DNA from: Candidatus Uhrbacteria bacterium CG_4_9_14_3_um_filter_41_35
GTDB taxonomy: Bacteria > Patescibacteriota > Patescibacteriia > UBA9934
Assembly (NCBI GenBank): GCA_002791275.1
Contig: PFWT01000009.1
Location: 146,548 to 210,547, forward strand
DNA: 64,000 bases
Direction: 5' to 3'
A program made the position numbers and the translations under genes. Below are positions 39,457-46,580 of the stretch, piece by piece. The stretch's first letter is position 1; each line of letters begins with the position of its first letter. The notes below the pieces were generated by a model. The model did not search any database, was not told the origin of the DNA, and was given only the letters and a program-made list of their open reading frames with translations.

Positions 39457-40104
39457 TTATTGAATCATTTTCATGATTTTACCTGAAAAAGGTCCGTACC
39501 ACGTTTCTATTAAACCTATATCAGCAGAACCAAGTGCCGGTCTACCTTCAACTAATATGTAAAATGGCAAGTTCGTTTCTAAATTCCCTTCAGTTCCTAA
39601 ATCTTTAGAAAGGTAAACAAACACACCTGCTGAAAGTCCATCTGGTGCAATGTTTACATCATTCATACCAAAGTGTGCTCTTGAATAATTAACAGGCACA
39701 CTGGTTGCTAAATATTTATCCTTTGTTGCTGGACTTAATATCTGCATAACTATATCGTCGAGATTTGTTACCTCAACAGCTGTCCATTCACCCATCATTC
39801 CATTTCTATCACCAACTTCCACTGAACCCATCGCAGTCTGGCTCGAATTTCCCGATATCCGATCTCGAACGTTTATCATATTTTCAAAATCACCTCTGTC
39901 CATCATACCAAAACCATCACGGCTTAGATCACGATCTCCTAATATACTTACGAACATCATTACGGACATGAATAGCATCATAATTAAAATAACACCTGCG
40001 ACTGCCATTAAACTTTTGTGTTCACAATGTCCGCACTCCCCCACTGATGATCTTTTATGTTCATTCATATTTTTATATTTCATATTATTTACATTGTACT
40101 TCAT
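39457..40104 (-). CDS. membrane-anchored hypothetical protein (CGHCEH N-tail + TM)
   Basis: 215-aa ORF with a single TM helix. Confidence 0.5.
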   Translation of the reverse strand: MKYNVNNMKYKNMNEHKRSSVGECGHCEHKSLMAVAGVILIMMLFMSVMMFVSILGDRDLSRDGFGMMDRGDFENMINVRDRISGNSSQTAMGSVEVGDRNGMMGEWTAVEVTNLDDIVMQILSPATKDKYLATSVPVNYSRAHFGMNDVNIAPDGLSAGVFVYLSKDLGTEGNLETNLPFYILVEGRPALGSADIGLIETWYGPFSGKIMKMIQ

Positions 40105-40209
40105 TTAATTTGTTGAAACAAATACTGCGATCACCATTTTTGCAAGGTTGAAACTTACTGAACTCCAAGACTTAACATTGGTATGTTCATAATAGAAAAT
40201 TTTTTACAT

Positions 40210-40558
40210 AAAAAAGACGCCGTCAGCAACAAGGCTGATCGGCGAAGGGGCGATGGAATTCGTGAAGGTGGGACTAAACATCCACATACAGCTTTTTTAC
40301 GGCGTGTATTGAACAGTTTAAAGGATTAGCCACTCGAGTTTACTCGCTGACCGGTCGACTTCACTGTTCTTGACAGATTGGCCCCTTTTCAGAAGCAGGT
40401 TGAAATGCACAACCCTGGTCTTTTAATTAGTCAGTTTGTTTGTCTGCTCGCCGTAGAGTTACGGTGTACAGGAAACGATGGCGGAGGTTTGCCGAAGCAA
40501 TTTGTTATACCATCCTGACCAAATACCAATCTAGTCCACCTTCACGAACTCATCGCAG
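40210..40558 (-). ncRNA. candidate structured RNA of about 350 nt (unknown family; either a stand-alone ncRNA or a long cis-regulatory leader)
   Basis: 540-bp region with no ORF and higher GC. TTGACA-17-TATCTT promoter on the minus strand. A 17-bp terminal helix pairs 40262-40278 with 40532-40548, with internal hairpins including a UUCG tetraloop. The 3' end is an intrinsic terminator at 40218-40248 (cgccgatcagc-cttgtt-gctgacggcg) followed by a U-run. Confidence 0.55.
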
Positions 40559-40564
40559 TTTGCG

Positions 40565-40593
40565 TAAGATAACAGATCAATCCATATTTGTCA
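40565..40593 (-). promoter_or_regulatory. sigma70-like promoter for the candidate RNA
   Basis: On the minus strand, TTGACA (40588-40593), a 17-nt spacer, then TATCTT (40565-40570). Confidence 0.5.
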
Positions 40594-40683
40594 AATATAA
40601 TTAGCTAACCTTCAATTAATATTTATGAATAAAAAAATGACTATTCAAGGTCATTAGCAGTGCATTTCTACGATTTCGTCTCT

Positions 40684-40914
40684 TCAAAAGTTTGGTCTAA
40701 ACCACTCCGTATAAACGTAAACGGCAATATCAAGCTCCCGGTTTAGTAGCTTTTTTGGATCTAATTCGGTCAAATAGTATTTAGAAAGCATATACATATA
40801 GTACATGTTCAAAAGAATGGCGATAACCGCAATCAAGACCATAACACTACGGTGATAAAACGTCAGATACCAAAGATGGTACAAATTCGAAGAGGTAAAA
40901 AACAAAAGGAGCAA
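40684..40914 (-). CDS. small hydrophobic hypothetical protein (doubtful)
   Basis: 76-aa ORF in an AT-rich stretch. No other support. Confidence 0.2.
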   Translation of the reverse strand: MLLLFFTSSNLYHLWYLTFYHRSVMVLIAVIAILLNMYYMYMLSKYYLTELDPKKLLNRELDIAVYVYTEWFRPNF

Positions 40915-41014
40915 AAATTTAAGTTAGCGTCTTCAGTGATTGAATGAACATACTACCTCTATTTTAAGTATTGCATCCAACTTAAGTTTATTTTTCAAAT
41001 TTGCCAATTTTTCT

Positions 41015-41050
41015 TTGTTAACATTAAAAAAATAACCAAACTAATATTTG
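41015..41050. terminator. intrinsic terminator after ftsL
   Basis: aataaccaaa-ctaatat-ttggttatt hairpin followed by tttttt. Confidence 0.55.
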
Positions 41051-41063
41051 GTTATTTTTTAGA

Positions 41064-41387
41064 TTATCGGTTGATCGCCACTGCCCCTCTATCTGGAGTT
41101 ATGTATTCAATTTTTGAAACCTTTGATAGTCCCAGCATTTGCACTCTAGTTGAAACACTGTCAACTGACTGAAGTTTGGCTACTTTTAAGTCTAGTTTGT
41201 CCTTCTCTAATTTCAAATCATCAATTGACTGAGACAGTTCACGCATTTCGTAACCCGCTGTGGCTGAAATATTGACCTGCCAAATATATGCAGAGCCGAG
41301 AACTATTGTAATCGAGACTAAAACAACCGGCAGTAAGCCATTGCTTTCGGTAAAACCTTTCAGTTGTTGATATTTTGTTTTAAACAT
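41064..41387 (-). CDS. ftsL: cell division protein FtsL/DivIC-like (septum formation initiator)
   Basis: N-terminal TM helix and coiled coil. Lies directly downstream of rsmH in dcw order. Confidence 0.6.
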   Translation of the reverse strand: MFKTKYQQLKGFTESNGLLPVVLVSITIVLGSAYIWQVNISATAGYEMRELSQSIDDLKLEKDKLDLKVAKLQSVDSVSTRVQMLGLSKVSKIEYITPDRGAVAINR

Positions 41388-41458
41388 ACCCTCCTATATT
41401 TAAGCGATGATGGTAACGGTAACAACGATTTAATCATTGTTACTAGTTACACTCACGG

Positions 41459-42316
41459 CTAGATTTTTTCTGCAATTCTTAATTTAGCACTTCGAGCCCG
41501 TTTGTTCTCCTTGATTTCGTCGTATTTCGGAACAATTGGTTTCTTCGTAACTTTTTCAAGCTGAGCCAAATCCTTTATCAGATTCTTGATCAATTTATCT
41601 TCAAGCGAGTGAAAACTGATTATAGCAAGTCGGCCACGGTTATTTAGCTGACTAACAGCCGAAGCGAAACCCTTTTCAATCTCACCAAACTCATCATTTA
41701 CCGCAATCCTGATCGCTTGGAATATTCGCGTAGCAGGATGCGCTTTTCCTCTGTGCTTGATAACATCTTCGACGACCTCAGCTAACTGAACAGTTGAAGT
41801 GATCCGAGATTTTTTTCTAGCAACAAAGATAGCTTTTGCAATTTCCCGTGCTTTCGGTTCTTCACCATAAACACGGAATAACTGAGCTAACTCTTCTTTT
41901 GACCATCCGTTAACAATCATCTCGGCAGTTAACTCTTGCGCCTTGTCGTAGCGCATATCAAGTGGGCCTTCTCGCAAGAAACTAAATCCACGGGAAGCGT
42001 CGTCAACATGAACAGACGAAAAGCCAAGATCGAACAGTATGGCGTCGGCTGGTGGTAAATCGTATTTACTCATGTTCCCGAAGGAATCTTTAATGAGCGT
42101 AATCTGATCTTTAAACTCCTTTAAATTTTGCCGAGCCTGATCCAAATTATTTTCATCCCGATCAAAGCCAATTAAGTGACCCTTAGGACCAATAATTTCT
42201 AAAATCATTTTGGCGTGACCGCCAAGACCAAGCGTTGCGTCAATTACAGTTGCACCAGGCTGTAAGTTCAGGCCCTCCAAAACCTCTTTAGCTAGTACCG
42301 GTATGTGTTTTGTCAT
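41459..42316 (-). CDS. rsmH: 16S rRNA (cytosine1402-N4)-methyltransferase
   Basis: HIPVL and DATLGLGGH SAM-binding motifs. Follows mraZ. Confidence 0.85.
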   Translation of the reverse strand: MTKHIPVLAKEVLEGLNLQPGATVIDATLGLGGHAKMILEIIGPKGHLIGFDRDENNLDQARQNLKEFKDQITLIKDSFGNMSKYDLPPADAILFDLGFSSVHVDDASRGFSFLREGPLDMRYDKAQELTAEMIVNGWSKEELAQLFRVYGEEPKAREIAKAIFVARKKSRITSTVQLAEVVEDVIKHRGKAHPATRIFQAIRIAVNDEFGEIEKGFASAVSQLNNRGRLAIISFHSLEDKLIKNLIKDLAQLEKVTKKPIVPKYDEIKENKRARSAKLRIAEKI

Positions 42317-42324
42317 AAATTAGG

Positions 42325-42756
42325 CTAAATTCCAAACTCCCCTAGTTGCTCGGCAATCGAACCGGCGTTCTCTTCCGTTTGGCTTCTATAAATATCCCAA
42401 GTTTCTTCACTCCAAATTTCCAAACGGTTATGAACACCTACAATCACTACTTTTTTTGTTAACCCAGCGTACTCTCTCAAGTACTCGGGTATGACGAACC
42501 TGCCCTGCTTATCAAGCTGAACGTCCATTGCGCCAGCAAGCATGAGCCTGGCGAATGCACGCGAGTTTGCTTGCCCCAAGGGCAAACCGGCCAATTTTTC
42601 GGCGAGTTTCCCCCACTCCTCCAAGGAAAGCAGGAACAGCGAAGAATCTAAACCTCTAGTCACAACTGCACCTTGTGCGAGGTCTGGACGAAACTTCGTA
42701 GGAGTCGCAATTCGACCCTTTTCGTCAATTTGATGATGATATTCACCTATAAACAT
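42325..42756 (-). CDS. mraZ: transcriptional regulator MraZ
   Basis: Duplicated SpoVT/AbrB-like domains (GRIATPTKFR, GRFVIPEYLR). 143 aa. Confidence 0.85.
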   Translation of the reverse strand: MFIGEYHHQIDEKGRIATPTKFRPDLAQGAVVTRGLDSSLFLLSLEEWGKLAEKLAGLPLGQANSRAFARLMLAGAMDVQLDKQGRFVIPEYLREYAGLTKKVVIVGVHNRLEIWSEETWDIYRSQTEENAGSIAEQLGEFGI

Positions 42757-42809
42757 AGTGATGTTTTAGCTGTGAATGCTAATTTTGGTGCAGTTAATTA
42801 AAATCCCTG

Positions 42810-42846
42810 CCACGAAACGTCACAGCGAAGCGTAAACGTTTCGTGG
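42810..42846. promoter_or_regulatory. 11-bp perfect inverted repeat in mraZ leader
   Basis: ccacgaaacgt-N15-acgtttcgtgg, 55-90 nt upstream of the mraZ start. Confidence 0.35.
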
Positions 42847-42953
42847 GCGAAAATTCATGACAGGGGGAAATTCTCCGAAATAGGTCTTAACAAAACCACT
42901 AAAGCACAATAAAGGCTTTAGTCAGAGAGTACACATTAGCAGATCTATTCTGC

Positions 42954-43002
42954 CCCACTTTGTGCCTCAATACCTCCACTTTACCCCACTTTATTTCCAC
43001 CC
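42954..43002 (-). promoter_or_regulatory. phased GTGG(G/A)G direct repeats (candidate MraZ boxes)
   Basis: On the minus strand, AAGTGGGG / AAGTGGAGG / AAGTGGGG / GGGTGG spaced at about 10, 20 and 11 bp. E. coli MraZ binds phased TGGGN direct repeats. Confidence 0.35.
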
Positions 43003-43127
43003 GCAACCATTTCAATCCATTGTGTGTGGATAAACAATTTTATTGGCTTATTTTAGTAAAATTTAATAAATAAAAAACGCATCACCGTTTGCGGCAATGC
43101 GCACAGATTCTAACCAATCCGGCCTAT

Positions 43128-43556
43128 CTACTTACCAGTCGGGACTTCCGTGAAGTCATCGTCTTTTCCCTCATACCTAGTCGATGACATCACCATAAGG
43201 ATGCATCCTTCGGGGATGGTCACCTTGTGCCAAGTGCCCGGCCGAATGAGGAGCGCCTCTTGCTCCCGGCCATTTAGTACCACCTGGTGAGTTGCGCCAT
43301 CTGGCGAAGTAACGAGATCAATAGTGATCTCGCCAAGCACAGCCATCATGATCTCCACCTTCCTCAAGTGGCTATGCAAGCCCACTGGAAACTCGGCGCT
43401 CGACTCGTCTACAACATAGACGTGTACGATGCCGTTCGGGAAATCATACGGGTAGCTCTCATAAGGACGTGTGTCCCTCAGCCTGCCCATCTTACCGGTA
43501 ACCGCCTTGTTGTGGCGAAACTGGAACGCTTTGAACACTTCAAACTTATTTAGCAC
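43128..43556 (-). CDS. cupin-fold sugar 3,4-ketoisomerase-like protein (FdtA/WxcM C-terminal-like)
   Basis: LHSHLRKVEIMMAVLGEITIDL..DG..ALLIRPGTWHKV resembles FdtA. Local GC is elevated. Confidence 0.45.
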   Translation of the reverse strand: MLNKFEVFKAFQFRHNKAVTGKMGRLRDTRPYESYPYDFPNGIVHVYVVDESSAEFPVGLHSHLRKVEIMMAVLGEITIDLVTSPDGATHQVVLNGREQEALLIRPGTWHKVTIPEGCILMVMSSTRYEGKDDDFTEVPTGK

Positions 43557-43695
43557 GATCTTTCTCCTTGAAATAGATCTAATAATAAACTAGCATACTA
43601 TGTATTAGTTTGTCAAGATAATTATCTAGTTTTAATCTTACATTTTTAACCAACTAAGACTGGAACATTTGATTTTCTGCTCTCATTAGTAAAAT

Positions 43696-44262
43696 ATGAA
43701 TACTCAAAAGATCAAAACAATAGAAGAATATTTAAATTCACATTCCTCTCAAATGGAAGAGATTATTGATAATTTAGTCGAATTTGCCACACTCCATCCT
43801 GGTCATATAGTGCCTCAGGCCTATTTTCAAATGTTAGCTCGAATTGTCCCACAGTGTTCAATTGAACTAATGATTTTAAAAAAAATAGAAGATGAAGTTC
43901 AGATTTTTCTAATACAAAGACCTGAAAATGATCCAGAGTGGCCAAATAAATGGCACTTTCCAGGCTGTATTATGCGGTTCGATGATACTGAAAAAACAAT
44001 GTTAGACAGGTTGCTAAACGATGAACTACAAAACAGCAACCTGAAACCAAACCTAGCTTTTACATACGTGACTACCAGCAAAACTAGACGCCGTGGTCCG
44101 TGTATGCATTTGGTACATATCGAAAAAGTAGTACCGAATACGGAATTTGAAACTGGTCAGTTTTATAATATCAACAAGCTTCCAGAAAAAACAATTCATC
44201 ACCACCGAGATATGATTGGTGAAATGAAAACTAGGTGGCTCAAAACTAATTTTTTTGACTAA
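43696..44262 (+). CDS. hypothetical protein, possibly a degenerate Nudix fold
   Basis: WHFPGCIMRFDDTEKTMLDRLLNDEL resembles a Nudix box that has lost its consensus Glu spacing. Confidence 0.4.
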   Translation: MNTQKIKTIEEYLNSHSSQMEEIIDNLVEFATLHPGHIVPQAYFQMLARIVPQCSIELMILKKIEDEVQIFLIQRPENDPEWPNKWHFPGCIMRFDDTEKTMLDRLLNDELQNSNLKPNLAFTYVTTSKTRRRGPCMHLVHIEKVVPNTEFETGQFYNINKLPEKTIHHHRDMIGEMKTRWLKTNFFD

Positions 44263-44331
44263 TCTTTAAATAACCAGCTTGACTACAGGCTGGTTATACA
44301 TTAAGGTAGGTTCGCAACATGGAGTTCATAA

Positions 44332-44715
44332 ATGAGCCAAAAACAGCGACCACACGTCCTCATAATAAATGAAAAACACGGCGTTCCTGAGGATGCTCTG
44401 CCTTTTTTAGGCAAGTACTATGGAGATGTTGAGGCTCATAAGATCACGAGCTATCGCGGTCTAGAGCAATCTTTAAAAGAAGGGATCAACCAGTTTTCGC
44501 TGGTTATCGCCACGGCGTCATTCGTTGAATACGACCTGTATGCCAACTGGAAGCAAATCCTTCACCAAATCCTGCGTCATCCTGATGCTCCGCCGATCAT
44601 CATGGTTTCAAAAAGCCAAGGTTTTCTCGACAACCTGAAAGGCATCGACGACCGTCTACATCTAGTGAATACACCAGAAGAATGTGCCGAGCTGGTGGAA
44701 CAGCTCCTCTTCTAA
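44332..44715 (+). CDS. pseudo-receiver (CheY-like fold lacking phospho-acceptor Asp) protein
   Basis: Has the receiver-like layout (VLIIN.., ..LVIATAS.., PIIMVS) but the conserved Asp residues are replaced. Confidence 0.4.
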   Translation: MSQKQRPHVLIINEKHGVPEDALPFLGKYYGDVEAHKITSYRGLEQSLKEGINQFSLVIATASFVEYDLYANWKQILHQILRHPDAPPIIMVSKSQGFLDNLKGIDDRLHLVNTPEECAELVEQLLF

Positions 44716-44716
44716 G

Positions 44717-44738
44717 CCCGCAACCGCGGGTTTTTTTA
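44717..44738 (+). terminator. intrinsic terminator
   Basis: cccgc-aacc-gcggg hairpin followed by ttttttt. Confidence 0.65.
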
Positions 44739-44760
44739 TGACAAAATAAAGGCTAGGCCC

Positions 44761-46095
44761 TTATTTTTTCTTTTTTATCCCCGAAGCCTTCGAGCGCAAC
44801 TCTTTGTGATACTTCACCGCAAAGCGATGCGATTCATCGCGAGCCTTCTGAAACAGTTCCTTTCCGCGCCCAGCTACCTGAAGTAAATTTGTGTTTGATC
44901 TATCGTAAACCATTCGGTCTTGTTTGCGATCAAAACCTTTTGCGAGACCAATAATCGAAACCTTCACTCCCAGCTCATCCAAAACTTTTTGGACTCTGTT
45001 CACCTGTGGCTTTCCGCCGTCGATGACCATCACCTCCGGAAGTGGCCAAGATTTTGGACTGATTTCCGCTCTTCGTAAACGCCGGCGCATCACTTCCTCC
45101 ATCATCGCCGTGTCGTTCGCTCCGATCACGGTTTTGATTTTAAACTTACGGTAATCTTCTTTTGACGCCCTACCCTCCTTAAACACCACCATCGAACCCA
45201 CAGCAGAAGTGCCGCTAATGTTTGAAATATCATAGGCCTCAATTCGACCCTCAAGATCTATAGTCGACTCTAGCCGAACTTTTGAAAACGGTAAATCAAC
45301 ATCCTCCTTGGTGATAAACGCCACGTCCCTAATGTGTGTTAAGGCGTAAATATTATTTCGAAGCACTGCCGCTCGCTCGAACTCCATATTTTTTGAAGCT
45401 GTGAGCATTTCCGTTTCTAGCGATTTAAGCAACCTTCCTTTTTTACCCTCAAAAAACAGCATTAACTGTTTAATTATTTTTCGATATTCCTGTTTACTGA
45501 TCTCCCCACTGCAAACACCCGGGCACTGTTTAATATGCCGATAAAAACAGGGCTTTGATTTTTTTGAAACTGAAGGTGGTTCACAAATACTCCAGGGAAT
45601 CATTTTGCGGAGAAACTCTAAAGCTTTTTTTAGCTGATAACCGCTGGTGTACGGTCCATAGATAGCCAAGAATTTTTTTCGAGCCTTTTCGGAGAGTTCA
45701 CTTTTAAACGGGTCAACATCTATCTTTTCAAGATCAAGCCCACGGAACATTAACGGCTTCGGAAACTCTTCATTCGTAATCCCTAGATAAAGATAACTTT
45801 TATCGTCGCGCATTAGAATATTGTACGGTGGTTTTAGAACTTTAATTTTATTTGCCTCAAGTACTAAAGCCTCAATCACTGTTGGGGTTTGAATGTAATC
45901 TATCCGTCGAATTCTGGTAACCAACTCCCCAATCCGATTATCGTGCGCTTTAGTGAAGTAAGAGTTAACTCGATTCTTGAGTGACGTTGCTTTTCCAACA
46001 TACAAAATCTCGTCATTTTCATCAAAATAAAAGTACACCCCCGGTGAATCCGGTAGCTCGTTATTTTTAATAATAATGTTATCTCGAATTGCCAT
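44761..46095 (-). CDS. uvrC: excinuclease ABC subunit C, short form lacking C-terminal (HhH)2
   Basis: GIY-YIG domain (PGVYFYFDENDEILYVGKA), a UVR domain, and an RNase H-like endonuclease domain (YDISNISGTSAVGSMVV). The protein ends without HhH repeats. Confidence 0.8.
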   Translation of the reverse strand: MAIRDNIIIKNNELPDSPGVYFYFDENDEILYVGKATSLKNRVNSYFTKAHDNRIGELVTRIRRIDYIQTPTVIEALVLEANKIKVLKPPYNILMRDDKSYLYLGITNEEFPKPLMFRGLDLEKIDVDPFKSELSEKARKKFLAIYGPYTSGYQLKKALEFLRKMIPWSICEPPSVSKKSKPCFYRHIKQCPGVCSGEISKQEYRKIIKQLMLFFEGKKGRLLKSLETEMLTASKNMEFERAAVLRNNIYALTHIRDVAFITKEDVDLPFSKVRLESTIDLEGRIEAYDISNISGTSAVGSMVVFKEGRASKEDYRKFKIKTVIGANDTAMMEEVMRRRLRRAEISPKSWPLPEVMVIDGGKPQVNRVQKVLDELGVKVSIIGLAKGFDRKQDRMVYDRSNTNLLQVAGRGKELFQKARDESHRFAVKYHKELRSKASGIKKKK

Positions 46096-46149
46096 TTTTT
46101 TGCTTATTGTAGCTTATAGTCTAGCTTCTACTTAGTAATCAGGCAATGG

Positions 46150-46469
46150 GATTCTTCGGTGTGGTCCACGTTAACCTCAGAATGACGGGGTTTGTAATTT
46201 TCTCCGAGGTGCCAAGCGCCAGGCTCAGAATGATGGTTTAGTTTTTGACGATACGGTTTCGTTATTCTGACGCTTATCATTCATACTCCACACTCATACC
46301 GTCATCCTGAAGCGAGCGCCAGGTTACGCTGAAGGATCTCCTTCGTTTAGCCGAACCAACATTTGCTTAGTGATCCAGTAATAAGATTCTTCGCCGTGGT
46401 TCACGCCAGGCTCAGAATGACAGGGCGATTAGATTCTTCGGTGTGATCCACGTTCACCTCAAAATGACC
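46150..46469. repeat. intergenic palindromic repeat cluster 2 (between uvrA and uvrC)
   Basis: A units at 46150-46187, 46385-46422 and 46432-46469 (plus a partial copy around 46207-46236). B unit at 46298-46345. Confidence 0.8.
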
Positions 46470-46580
46470 GTTTAGTAGTTATTGTTTAATTTAGTATTTT
46501 CCACTACCTCTAGCTCCGAAGCTTAACATCGTAATATCTTCAGTTTCAAATAACCTAAGGCAATACCCAAAACCTAAACA

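Noticed and set aside
40210-40558. RNase P RNA or tmRNA identity for the 350-nt RNA candidate
   Set aside because: No GGAAAGUCCGGGC / CCCGGCU P4 strands, no tRNA-like T-arm/ACCA 3' end, and no tag-peptide frame ending in hydrophobic residues before a stop. Size and terminal helix alone are insufficient, so it is left unassigned.
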